The position numbers and the translations under genes are program-made. A model generated the notes under the pieces. The model saw only the letters and a program-made list of their open reading frames with translations. It did not search any database and was not told the origin of the DNA. Positions 9,637 through 22,059 of a DNA stretch of 64,000 nt are shown in pieces. Source of the DNA: Oceanispirochaeta sp. (GTDB lineage Bacteria; Spirochaetota; Spirochaetia; DSM-2461); assembly GCA_963666275.2 (NCBI GenBank), contig CAXXOA010000002.1:832001-896000 (forward strand). Reading direction: 5' to 3'. Each line of letters opens with the position of its first letter. Position 1 is the first letter of the stretch.

Positions 9637-9661
9637 GGGAATTCCTTTTTAAGGAATTCCC
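9637..9661. terminator. Perfect 11-bp stem-loop
   Basis: GGGAATTCCTT-TTT-AAGGAATTCCC just after the stop. No U-tract. Confidence 0.55.
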
Positions 9662-9806
9662 GACAATATAATACCTTAAGGTAAAAAAAAGTATACAAAA
9701 CCTTTCTCTGTTTTTTTTTACTAAAAATAAACTTCAAATATTGTTAAAACCCTTTAATGAAGTATATATAATAATGAATAAGTTTATACTAAAATTGGAG
9801 GGTGGT

Positions 9807-10847
9807 TTGAAACGCAAGCACCAGGTATTTTCATTAATTTCTTTTATAATTCTAATTGCATTTGCAGGATGCAGCGGCGGAGGCAGTTCTCTGTCAAATG
9901 AAGACAGTGAATCCAATCCTGTTGAGGAAGTGGCTGTACTTAACTACAGTTTTGATTCCGATTTTGCCAATAACGGAATCATCAATGTGGATCTTATTCC
10001 CCTGGATTCCGCAGGAAACTTCACATCTATCGATTCGATTTCTGCCGTGGCCAGCTTTGATGACGGCCAGCCGGGAGTGACTGCCCGTGCGAATGTGGAT
10101 ATCAATCTGACAGTTCAGCTGAATCAGTATGTTCAGCCTACAGCCTCTTCTCTGCCCTGGGCCTTCGCTGTAGACATTGACAGCAGCGGCAGTATGAGCA
10201 CTAGTGATCCCAGTGATCTGAGAATTGATGCGGCAAAACTGTTTGTTGCTTCCATTCTGGGGGAAAAACCGACCAGTCAGTTCAATATTTATGATTTCGG
10301 TTACAGCTCAAACGGAACTTTTTCTGATACCCGTCAATTAACGGCCGACTGGACTTCTGATCAGACTACGATTGATGCCGCGATTGATCAGGTCGTCGCA
10401 TCCGGAGGGACTCCCCTGTACGATTCCATTTATGAGATTCTTCAGAAATTCACTACTGAAAAGGATGCTTCATCCTATCAGAGAGCCATGCTGGTTCTTT
10501 CTGACGGGTCTCCTAACAGCTATACTTATGAGCAGGATGTGTATGACTATTCTGTAGCCAACAATATTCCCATCAACTCTGTGTCACTGGGTAGCGGCTC
10601 CTATGAACAGAATATGAAGGACTTGGCAGATGAGACTGGAGGTGTTTATACCAAAGCCGTAGATGCCGCTTCACTCAGTACAGCTTTCCAGAATATCTCT
10701 CTGGGAACTTCAAACGGTTATATGGACTACAATCTTGTTTTTCCCGATCCCTCTGTTCTGCCCAATGGAACCAGTACCACTGTAAATGTCACTGTGACGA
10801 TCAGTGCCGGCGGGACAACTCAGACCGCTTCTTTTACTCTGAACTGA
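9807..10847 (+). CDS. vWA-domain lipoprotein
   Basis: TTG start after GGAGG; lipobox FAG-C; MIDAS elements DSSGS, GGTPL and LSDG; LADETGGVY. Confidence 0.8.
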   Translation: MKRKHQVFSLISFIILIAFAGCSGGGSSLSNEDSESNPVEEVAVLNYSFDSDFANNGIINVDLIPLDSAGNFTSIDSISAVASFDDGQPGVTARANVDINLTVQLNQYVQPTASSLPWAFAVDIDSSGSMSTSDPSDLRIDAAKLFVASILGEKPTSQFNIYDFGYSSNGTFSDTRQLTADWTSDQTTIDAAIDQVVASGGTPLYDSIYEILQKFTTEKDASSYQRAMLVLSDGSPNSYTYEQDVYDYSVANNIPINSVSLGSGSYEQNMKDLADETGGVYTKAVDAASLSTAFQNISLGTSNGYMDYNLVFPDPSVLPNGTSTTVNVTVTISAGGTTQTASFTLN

Positions 10848-10866
10848 TCTCAACCAATTCTGAGAA

Positions 10867-10908
10867 AACAGGTGCTACGGAATCTTCGGATTCTTCGCAG
10901 CACCTGTT
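10867..10908. terminator. Terminator hairpin between convergent vWA gene and lacZ
   Basis: AACAGGTGCT...GAATC-TTCG-GATTC...AGCACCTGTT. Confidence 0.7.
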
Positions 10909-10920
10909 ATTATAGATCTA

Positions 10921-14094
<3,174 letters not shown>

Positions 14095-14199
14095 TTACCT
14101 CCCGGGTATATAACCTTGTTCTAGTCCTTTTACACTTGCTTTTACATGAGTGTTCTGGTAAAAAACATATGTAAAATGGTATATCCGGGACTGGAGAAA

Positions 14200-15015
14200 A
14201 TGCAAGAAACAATTCTCTTTCGCTCTCTGGGCGATCAGGAGGACCGTCAGCGGGTGGGCTGCGGCTTCATGTTCAAGCCCGATATCACCCGGGACGAAAC
14301 GGATTCCCTGTTCTCCACCTATGCCATTGTCTATGTCCTCCGGGGGGAGGGGACCTATATAGGTCCCGACGGGATATCCCGCCCCATGGCTGGGGGGACA
14401 CTTTTTCAGCGATTTCCGGGGATACGCCACTCAACAGTACTGAATCCTTCCAGTAACTGGGCGGAATGCTTCCTGGATTTCGGGCCGGGTTTCTATGACA
14501 TGCTGAAGCGGATCCGGGTCGTCAGACCCGAAGAGTATACCCTGCAGCTTAAGGGGAATTTCCGGATAGAGCAGACCATCTACCGCTATTTGAAGCATCT
14601 GGAGAAGGCGGAAGAGAGGGAGCTTCCCGGTCTGAGCCTTGAAATGATGCAGTATGCGGCCTCCCTGCTTCAGCAGGCCCGGGAGGGAAGTCCCGATCAC
14701 TACTGGGGAAGGGTTGAGAAAAGCTGCCGGGATTTTGCTCTTTTGACTTCCCGGCGTGTGGATCTGAAAGAGTACTGCCGGCAGAACGGCTGGGGATATG
14801 AGAAATTCCGGAAGAGTTTTGTCGAGAAGATGGGAATCTCCCCCAAACATTATCTGATACAGAGGCGGATCGACGAAGCCTGCCGGCTGCTCAGATCAAA
14901 CAGGCACAGTGTTAAGGAAATTGCGGAAATTCTGGGGTATTCATCGCCTTTCGAGTTTTCCGCCCAGTTCAAACGGGTCACAGGAGTTTCTCCCCGTGAG
15001 TTCGGCAGGAAGTGA
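14200..15015 (+). CDS. AraC family regulator, divergent from lacZ
   Basis: Cupin-like N-terminus and C-terminal double HTH (SVKEIAEILGYSSPFEFSAQFKRVTGVSP). GGAG RBS favours ATG 14200. Confidence 0.9.
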   Translation: MQETILFRSLGDQEDRQRVGCGFMFKPDITRDETDSLFSTYAIVYVLRGEGTYIGPDGISRPMAGGTLFQRFPGIRHSTVLNPSSNWAECFLDFGPGFYDMLKRIRVVRPEEYTLQLKGNFRIEQTIYRYLKHLEKAEERELPGLSLEMMQYAASLLQQAREGSPDHYWGRVEKSCRDFALLTSRRVDLKEYCRQNGWGYEKFRKSFVEKMGISPKHYLIQRRIDEACRLLRSNRHSVKEIAEILGYSSPFEFSAQFKRVTGVSPREFGRK

Positions 15016-15073
15016 AAACTGCTTGAATTGCGGAAGAAAAGCTGGATTTCCCGGCTCTTTCAGAGTAATATAA

Positions 15074-15102
15074 ATAGAATAGGTTCGTCGAATAAGTTCT
15101 AC
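15074..15102. promoter_or_regulatory. Two overlapping candidate TetR operators
   Basis: ATAGAATAGGTTCGTC and GTCGAATAAGTTCTAC (GAAT-N2-RTTC core). The same motif recurs at 15917-15958. Confidence 0.5.
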
Positions 15103-15326
15103 TTATTTGATTCCAATAGCCATTTCAGCAAAATCCGGTAATTTCTGAAGCCCGTAAGGAATGGAAGGAAGAGTATTTGAAATTGTTTTTCTTTAGATAT
15201 CACTATATGATTGTCAGTGAAATTTCTGTTTTTCAGTTTTTTCTATCCGAAACGGGAGAAACAGATCTGAAATAAAAGGAACGGAAACTATATACCATGA
15301 GATCTATCAGGAATTAGGAGTTTTGA

Positions 15327-15920
15327 ATGGGACAGGTAAAAAAAAATAAGAGAACCCTCCAGGCTGAGGAAACCAAACAGAAAATTTATGAATCCGCTAT
15401 TACCATGATTAAGCAGAAGGGATTCGAAAATGTTACCATTCAGGATATCAATAAACATGCCGGAGTCTCTGTAGGGACTTTCTATCATTATTATAAATCC
15501 AAAGAAGATGTCTTTTTCGAGCTCTATCGCTTTGCTGACGAGTATTTCGAAGATACCGTCTTTCCCAAACTCTTTTCAGAAGATTTCACTACCAGTGAAA
15601 GGATCCTCCTGTTTTTTCAGAATTATGCCGGCTTCAATGTCAAACACGGCATCGACTATGTCAGTCAGTTATACAATACAAAGAACAAACTGTTTATCTC
15701 CCGGGACCGTTATATGCTGGATCTCCTGCTTCGGATAGTTCAGGAGGGACAGAAGAAAGATGAAATCAAAAACAGCATGGATCCGGAAGAGATCATCGAG
15801 GATCTGTTTATCGTGAGCAGAGGAATTGTTTTCGACTGGTGCCTCCATGAAGGAAATTACGATCTCGAGAAGAAAATGCATAAGCATTTGAAGAGGCATT
15901 TGGCCATTTTTTGTAAATAG
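15327..15920 (+). CDS. TetR/AcrR family regulator
   Basis: KGFENVTIQDINKHAGVSVGTFYHYYKSKE HTH; AGGAG RBS. Confidence 0.93.
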   Translation: MGQVKKNKRTLQAEETKQKIYESAITMIKQKGFENVTIQDINKHAGVSVGTFYHYYKSKEDVFFELYRFADEYFEDTVFPKLFSEDFTTSERILLFFQNYAGFNVKHGIDYVSQLYNTKNKLFISRDRYMLDLLLRIVQEGQKKDEIKNSMDPEEIIEDLFIVSRGIVFDWCLHEGNYDLEKKMHKHLKRHLAIFCK

Positions 15921-15992
15921 AATCGATTCATAGAAAAAATTCGCCGAATGTGTTCGATAAAACTTGACAGCTGGGAATTTCGCCCCTATCAT
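15917..15992 (+). promoter_or_regulatory. sigma70 promoter of the oxidoreductase operon, with two upstream candidate TetR sites
   Basis: TTGACA (15964-69), 17 nt, TATCAT (15987-92). Sites ATAGAATCGATTCATA (15917-32) and GCCGAATGTGTTCGAT (15943-58). Confidence 0.7.
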
Positions 15993-16098
15993 GAATCAAG
16001 TAGTTTATCTAACACATCACAACTCATTGAATTCTTCCGTACAATCCGAAGGTTTGATAAGTCATGATGTACATTGAAATCTTTTACTGGAGATGAAC

Positions 16099-17562
16099 AT
16101 GAGCGACACATTGAATCGATTGATTGGTATTGTTGGAAAAGACCGGGTTGTGGAAAATCCGGATTTTACCAGTGATACTGTCGGTTGCAGAGCCGTTAAA
16201 GAGCCGATGCAGCCGGAATTCCTCGTTAAACCTTCCAATACGGAACAGGTTCAGGAAATTGTTAAGATGGCAAGTGAATCAGCCATTCCCCTTATCCCTG
16301 TCAGTTCCAGCGGTCCCCATATAACAGGGGGCGTATCTGCCAGTGCACCCGGTGCCATTGTGGTGGATATGAGTGGAATGAACAAAATTCTTAAAGTGAA
16401 CAGACGGCATCGCCTGGCTTTGATCCAGCCTGGTGTTACCTGGGATCAGCTGGCAGCGGAGCTTGCTGAAAACGGACTGAGAATTCCCCAGCCTCTGCTT
16501 CCGAAAAAAGGGAAATCCGTTATTGCCTCCCTGCTGGACAGAGAGCCCCTTCTTTCGCCCAAGTATCAGTGGAATATGACGGAACCACTCCGGTCTATGG
16601 AGATCGTCTTCGGAACAGGAGACATCGTCTACAGCGGTATGGGAGGTCATAGAGGTGAAAAAGAAGAGAACTGGGAAAACGGTGAAATTCCCGTAACCAA
16701 TGCGGGTCCCCATCAGTTTGACTTTATCAAAATGGTTACAGCTTCTCAGGGTACCTTTGGTATTGTTACCTGGGCCTCGGTCAGAGTCGAAGCTGCCACG
16801 ACTGTGGAAAAGCCTGTTTTTGCCGAAGCCGCCTCCCTGGAAGCCCTCTCTAATTATATGTATAAGAATCTGAAATTCCGCTTTGGCGACGAGGTCTGCC
16901 TTTTCAACAGAAAAGCCATGGCCAGTATTCTGGCAGAGACGGGAGATTCTATATCGTTATACGAAAGCAATCTTTCAAACTGGACCGCCATGATCAATAT
17001 CAAATGGGGAGCCCTCCGTGCGAAAGAGAAAGTAGAGGTTCAGGAAGCGGATGTCATGGATATCGCCCAGGAGAACGGCCTGGTTCCGACAGCCTCTGTA
17101 GCGGGACTGCCCGCGGCGGAAGTGACGGGAAAAGTTCTGGCATTGCCTTCGGAAGAGAGCTGGAAAGACAGGAAAACAGGAAAGTCCAAAGAGATTTTCT
17201 TCCTGTCCACTCTGGATAAAATCCCCGGTCAGCTCAAGGCTGCTGCCGCTCTGGCGGACAAGCACGGTTATGCCTTTGCAGAATGCCCCGTATATATTCA
17301 GCCCCTTCATCAGGGAACCGCTGCCCATTGTCATATAGTCCTTCCTGTAACAGGAAATGAAGCGGAGACAGAAGAGTTTGCCGCCCTGTACCGTGACTTG
17401 AGCAGAGAACTTATGAACGCCGGAGCATTTTACTCCAGACCTTACGGTATCTGGGCGGATCTGGTTTATGACAGGAATGCCCAGAATACAATTCTTACCA
17501 GCAAGATGAAAGATATCTTCGATCCGAAGCATATCATGAATCCTGGAAAACTGTGCTTCTAG
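16099..17562 (+). CDS. FAD-binding oxidoreductase (VAO/PCMH, GlcD/E-like)
   Basis: VKPSNTEQVQEIVK, VDMSGMNKIL, QPGVTW, SQGTFGIVT and C-terminal FDPKHIMNPGK. GGAG spacing favours ATG 16099. Confidence 0.85.
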   Translation: MSDTLNRLIGIVGKDRVVENPDFTSDTVGCRAVKEPMQPEFLVKPSNTEQVQEIVKMASESAIPLIPVSSSGPHITGGVSASAPGAIVVDMSGMNKILKVNRRHRLALIQPGVTWDQLAAELAENGLRIPQPLLPKKGKSVIASLLDREPLLSPKYQWNMTEPLRSMEIVFGTGDIVYSGMGGHRGEKEENWENGEIPVTNAGPHQFDFIKMVTASQGTFGIVTWASVRVEAATTVEKPVFAEAASLEALSNYMYKNLKFRFGDEVCLFNRKAMASILAETGDSISLYESNLSNWTAMINIKWGALRAKEKVEVQEADVMDIAQENGLVPTASVAGLPAAEVTGKVLALPSEESWKDRKTGKSKEIFFLSTLDKIPGQLKAAAALADKHGYAFAECPVYIQPLHQGTAAHCHIVLPVTGNEAETEEFAALYRDLSRELMNAGAFYSRPYGIWADLVYDRNAQNTILTSKMKDIFDPKHIMNPGKLCF

Positions 17563-17578
17563 GAGAGGGGAGGAAATT

Positions 17579-18847
17579 ATGTCATTGAAAGATTTTACTA
17601 AAGAGATAGAAAGGTGCAGCGCCTGTTCCTACTGTAAGTGGATTCCTTTTGATCAGGTGAAAAGCTGGCGGTATTCAAAAAACTGTCCCAGCATCGATTA
17701 TTATAACTTCAACAACTATTCCGCCAGAGGCCGGTATCTGACAAGCCGCTCCATCTTAAGAGATGAGATCGAACTGACAGACGAGGTTATGGACATTGCC
17801 CATACCTGCCTTAGCTGCGGCGCCTGTGATGTATCCTGTAAAATCGCACGGTACAACCTGGAACCTCTGGACATGACCAGGGATCTGAAGGCTGAACTGG
17901 TGGAGAAAGGGAAATATCCCGAAGCCCATAAGGCCATACTGAAAAACCTTGAGAAAGAACTGAATGTCTTCGGTAAGGACAAGAAAAAACGGGGCGACTG
18001 GGCCAAAGGCCTGGGAATCAAGGACCTGACAAAAGAGAAAGCGGAAGTGGTTTTTCATGCCGGCTGCAGCTACAGTTTTGATGAGAAGTTGAGCGGAACT
18101 GTACAGACGGCGGTGAAAATTCTCCAGAAAGCCGGAGTGGACTTCGGTATCATGGGAAATGCGGAGATGTGCTGCGGAGCCAAAGCGTATTCCATGGGAC
18201 ATTATGATGAGTTCCAGAAACTGGCAGATCCGAATATGAAACTCTGGGAGAAAGCCGGTGTCACCACCATTGTGACAGCCTGTTCCGACGGATATCATGC
18301 TTTTAAAAGAGTCTATCCCCAGTACGGAAGCAAGTTCAAAGTCATGCACATTGTGGAGTACATAGATCAGCTTATAAAAGAGGGGAAACTCACTTTCACA
18401 AAAGAAGTCCCTATGACAGTTACCTACCATGATCCCTGTCATCTGGGAAGGCTGGGTGAACCTTATGAAGAGTGGAATGGCGAGGAAACTACCTATAAAA
18501 ACCAGATCATTGTGCATACCCCCCGCAAACCCCGGTACAACGGAATCAAGGGAATCTACGATGAACCCAGACATATACTGGAAAGTATTCCCGGTGTGAA
18601 ACTGCTGGAAATGGAAAGGATCCGGGAGTACAGCTACTGCTGCGGAGCCGGCGGGGGAGCCAAAGAGAGCTATCCCGAGTTTTCCAACTGGGTTGCTGGA
18701 GAGAGACTGGATGAAGCGGTATCTACCGGTGCGGAAACGATGATTACCGCCTGTCCCTGGTGTAAGACGAATTTTACTGATGCTCAGAGTGAGAGCAGTT
18801 CCATGAAAATTCTTGATATTCTCGATCTTGTGCAGATGGCACTGTAA
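17579..18847 (+). CDS. 4Fe-4S dicluster plus two CCG domain protein (GlcF/GlpC/HdrD-like)
   Basis: CSACSYC...CP and CLSCGACDVSC; HAGC..CCG..TAC; YHDPCHLGR..CCGAGGG..TACPWC. Confidence 0.9.
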   Translation: MSLKDFTKEIERCSACSYCKWIPFDQVKSWRYSKNCPSIDYYNFNNYSARGRYLTSRSILRDEIELTDEVMDIAHTCLSCGACDVSCKIARYNLEPLDMTRDLKAELVEKGKYPEAHKAILKNLEKELNVFGKDKKKRGDWAKGLGIKDLTKEKAEVVFHAGCSYSFDEKLSGTVQTAVKILQKAGVDFGIMGNAEMCCGAKAYSMGHYDEFQKLADPNMKLWEKAGVTTIVTACSDGYHAFKRVYPQYGSKFKVMHIVEYIDQLIKEGKLTFTKEVPMTVTYHDPCHLGRLGEPYEEWNGEETTYKNQIIVHTPRKPRYNGIKGIYDEPRHILESIPGVKLLEMERIREYSYCCGAGGGAKESYPEFSNWVAGERLDEAVSTGAETMITACPWCKTNFTDAQSESSSMKILDILDLVQMAL

Positions 18848-18862
18848 TCAAGGAGATGCAAA

Positions 18863-20521
18863 ATGAGTTTAACAGATACGCAATATAAAGAACTGGAAAC
18901 GATCGTAGGTAAAAGGAATATCTCCAGAGATCCGGGAGTTCTTGACGGTTACCGCTACAATCTGGCACATACGGCGATTCATCTGGGACCCCACTTTGAT
19001 GTTCTGACTCCCCGGGGTCTGGCAGTACTTCTGCCGGGAAATACGGAAGAGGTCCAGAAAATTGTAAAATGGTGCAACAGAAACGGAATCAAGTACAAAC
19101 CGTCTTCCACTTTCTGGTCTGCCCAGGGATACCCCTGTGATGACAATACCCTTGTGCTGGATATGCGCAGGATGGATAAAATCCTGTCGATCGATGCGAA
19201 GAATATGATTGCCGTTGTGGAGCCCGGTGTTATCGGGGCGACCCTTCAGGCTGAAGTTATGAAAGTAGGACTGAACTGCCATATTCAGGGTTCAGGCTGT
19301 TCCTGTTCCATCCTGGCGGGTGCTACAGCATGGCTGGGATCCGGTCCCGGTAACCTTTATGCGGGATGGCAGTATGAAAACCTGCTCGGAGCCGAGTGGG
19401 TGCTTCCCACCGGAGAGGTTGTCAGAACAGGATCCCTGGGTTATGACGACGACGCCTGGTACTGCGGCGAGGGTCCCGGACCCAGTATGCGTGGTGTCAT
19501 AAGAGGTATGTTCGGTTCGAAAGGGTCTCTGGGAACATTTACAAAGTGTGCCGTAAAACTGCACGCCTGGCCCGGTCCCAACCATCTGCCTGTGTACGGA
19601 AAGGCTCCTGCCTATACCACAAAGCTTCCTGATAACTTTGCGGCTTTTACGCTGGGATTCCCCGACTGGCAGGCCTGGGCTGATACAGCCCATCTCCTCT
19701 GGGAAAACGGGATCGGATACTCTGCCCACAGACAGTTCAACTTTCTGGGAAGGGATCTCAAATGGGGTATGATTCAGATCCTTACTGATCCTGAAAAAAC
19801 CATTTCCGACCTGGAGGGCCTCGTCAATGAACCGGGCTTCAAGGAAGTCAACGATTCCATGAAAATTGACTTCCAGCTGATCATGGCCGGTATGACCCAG
19901 CGTGACTTTGACTGGCAGAGGGAAACTCTCGACGAGATCCTGAAAATAACAGGAGGCTATATTGTCGAGTGCATGGATACGGAGCACCTGGAAAACTACA
20001 CCCTTCTGTATCTGCTGAGGCTGGGACACAAGTCTCTCAACTTGGTCTACGGCGGTGGTTATGACGGAAACTTCGGTATGATCAATGCTATCGATTTCGG
20101 TGCCCAGCGGGCCGAAGAAGCCGGAGCCCTCAAACTGGAATGGGAGAAAAAAGGTCAGATCGTTGCCGGAGGCGGTGACTGTATGATGGGACCCATCGGT
20201 GGTCAGGGGGGAGGCGGAACCGGTCTGTGGGAAAACTTTACCTGTTTCGACAGTGCCAGCAAAGAATCCACAGACGGTGCTCTGGCTTTCTTTGATGCCT
20301 CTTTTGAGTATGCCAAGTCCAAAGGCTGGAGCGGAAGCGGTTTTGAGAAACTGAACTCCATGGCCCGGGGTTACGATGGATACTCTACTCCCAAAGAGAT
20401 CAGGGACAAGGGCCATGCTGGCAGTCCCAATGCAACAGCATTTCGTTATCAGGCAAAGGTCTACAGATCTTTGAATCCCAACGATATGGGTGATACCTAT
20501 TACGAGATACTGGAAGACTGA
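18863..20521 (+). CDS. Second FAD-binding oxidoreductase (VAO/PCMH type)
   Basis: LPGNTEEVQKIVK, LDMRRMDKIL, VEPGV, EWVLPTGEVVRTGS, GEGPGP and GSLGTFTKCAVKL. Confidence 0.82.
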   Translation: MSLTDTQYKELETIVGKRNISRDPGVLDGYRYNLAHTAIHLGPHFDVLTPRGLAVLLPGNTEEVQKIVKWCNRNGIKYKPSSTFWSAQGYPCDDNTLVLDMRRMDKILSIDAKNMIAVVEPGVIGATLQAEVMKVGLNCHIQGSGCSCSILAGATAWLGSGPGNLYAGWQYENLLGAEWVLPTGEVVRTGSLGYDDDAWYCGEGPGPSMRGVIRGMFGSKGSLGTFTKCAVKLHAWPGPNHLPVYGKAPAYTTKLPDNFAAFTLGFPDWQAWADTAHLLWENGIGYSAHRQFNFLGRDLKWGMIQILTDPEKTISDLEGLVNEPGFKEVNDSMKIDFQLIMAGMTQRDFDWQRETLDEILKITGGYIVECMDTEHLENYTLLYLLRLGHKSLNLVYGGGYDGNFGMINAIDFGAQRAEEAGALKLEWEKKGQIVAGGGDCMMGPIGGQGGGGTGLWENFTCFDSASKESTDGALAFFDASFEYAKSKGWSGSGFEKLNSMARGYDGYSTPKEIRDKGHAGSPNATAFRYQAKVYRSLNPNDMGDTYYEILED

Positions 20522-20529
20522 AAGTAATA

Positions 20530-20550
20530 CCGGGGGCTTCGGCCGCCCGG
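20530..20550 (+). terminator. GC-rich cUUCGg hairpin between the flavoprotein genes and the ALDH
   Basis: CCGGG-GGC-TTCG-GCC-G-CCCGG followed by TTGATTTT. Confidence 0.5.
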
Positions 20551-20679
20551 TTGATTTTAAAAAAATTAGGTACTTGGTCTCTGGATTGTTGGTGTAACGA
20601 TGGTGCTGGCAGGCATGATTATTCCAGCGTAAATCCGGATCAGAACAGACTTGCTGTTTTTAAGGAGGAATGAAAAACT

Positions 20680-22059
20680 ATGTCTGAATATGTAGCAGGA
20701 TTATTGAAAAGGGCGAGAGATGCCCAGGCGCAGATTGAATTTCTGTCTCAGGAAAAAGTCGACGAGATTTGTGAAAATCTTGCCTGGACTACAATCCAGG
20801 AGCCCTTTGTGACCGAACTGGCCAAACTGGCTGTGGAAGAGTCCAGGATGGGGCTTTTTGAAAGCAAACACGGCAAAATGATGAATAAAGTCCGGGCCGG
20901 ATGGTTCGATATGAAAGGCAAGAAATCCGCCGGTGTGATTGAAGAAGATCCTGCTCTGGGACTGATCAAAATCGCCAAACCCGTAGGGGTTATCGGAGCC
21001 ATGGTTCCCACCACCAACAACGAAGCCACTCCGGTTCTCAAATCCATGAGCGCCATCAAAGGCAGAAATGCCATTATCCTGGCACCCCATCCCCGGTCCA
21101 TCAAAACCAACGAGATGGTTGTGAACAAGATGCGGGCGGTACTGAAAAAACTGGGTTACCCGGAAGATCTGATCATCCATGTGGATCAGGTAACCATGGA
21201 GAACTCCCAGGAGATCATGAAACAGTGCGATCTGGTTCTGGCAACCGGAGGAGCGGGCCTTGTTAAAACCGCCTATTCCAGCGGAACCCCCGCCTACGGT
21301 GTAGGAGCGGGAAATGCCGTTACCATCGTTGACGATACACAGGATATGAAAGTTGTTGCCGACAAAATCAGACGGTCTAAAACTTTCGATATGGCTACAA
21401 GCTGTTCTGCTGAAAACTCCTGCCTGGCTCAGGATACGATCTATGAGGAACTCTGCAGCGCTCTGGAAGCCGAAGGCGGTTTCAGAGTGAAAGAGGCAGA
21501 TAAGGGGAAGATCGAAAAAGCCCTCTGGCCCGACGGTGAGCATCTGAACCGGGACATCGTGGCTCAGCCTGCGGCAACCATTGCGAAGATCGCCGGCATC
21601 GAAGTTCCCGAAGGAACCAATTTCTTCTTTGTGGAAGAGAGCGGAATCGGCGAGGGATATCCCCTGAGCGGTGAAAAACTGTCTGTAGTGATGACCCTCT
21701 ACAAATGGAGCGACTTTGACAAGGCCGTCCAGATGGTCAACGATATTACCAACTACTCCGGCGCTGGTCACTCCTGCGGTATCCATACCGAAAAGAAAGA
21801 GAGAATCCTTCAGCTGGCTGAGCAGGTGAAAGTGTCCCGTGTTATGGTCAATCAGCCTCACTGTCTTGCCAACAGCGGAGCCTGGACCAACGGTATGCCC
21901 ACCACTCTGACTTTGGGCTGCGGTTCCTGGGGTGGAAACATCTCCAGTGAAAATGTCACCTGGAAGCACCTGATCAACACCACCTGGGTTTCTTCTCCCA
22001 TTGCCAACAGACAGCCTTCCGATGAGGATTTATTCAGTGAGAGCGTCAGAAAAGGTTAA
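20680..22059 (+). CDS. CoA-acylating aldehyde dehydrogenase (SauS/EutE/SucD-like)
   Basis: KPVGVIGAMVPTTN, APHP, LATGGAGLV, GVGAGN, RSKTFDMATSCSAENS (catalytic Cys), SGEKLS and TLGCGSWG. Confidence 0.9.
   Translation: MSEYVAGLLKRARDAQAQIEFLSQEKVDEICENLAWTTIQEPFVTELAKLAVEESRMGLFESKHGKMMNKVRAGWFDMKGKKSAGVIEEDPALGLIKIAKPVGVIGAMVPTTNNEATPVLKSMSAIKGRNAIILAPHPRSIKTNEMVVNKMRAVLKKLGYPEDLIIHVDQVTMENSQEIMKQCDLVLATGGAGLVKTAYSSGTPAYGVGAGNAVTIVDDTQDMKVVADKIRRSKTFDMATSCSAENSCLAQDTIYEELCSALEAEGGFRVKEADKGKIEKALWPDGEHLNRDIVAQPAATIAKIAGIEVPEGTNFFFVEESGIGEGYPLSGEKLSVVMTLYKWSDFDKAVQMVNDITNYSGAGHSCGIHTEKKERILQLAEQVKVSRVMVNQPHCLANSGAWTNGMPTTLTLGCGSWGGNISSENVTWKHLINTTWVSSPIANRQPSDEDLFSESVRKG

Noticed and set aside
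15110..15326. c-di-GMP or other riboswitch in the long tetR leader
   Set aside because: Only a short GAAA hairpin near 15240-15261; no recognisable aptamer consensus.
20701..21969. 422-aa antisense ORF (similar cases: 19292-20416, 11464-13878, 32444-33553, 60777-63434, 2749-3546)
   Set aside because: Each lies opposite a well-supported gene and has no motifs. These are typical shadow ORFs caused by codon bias.
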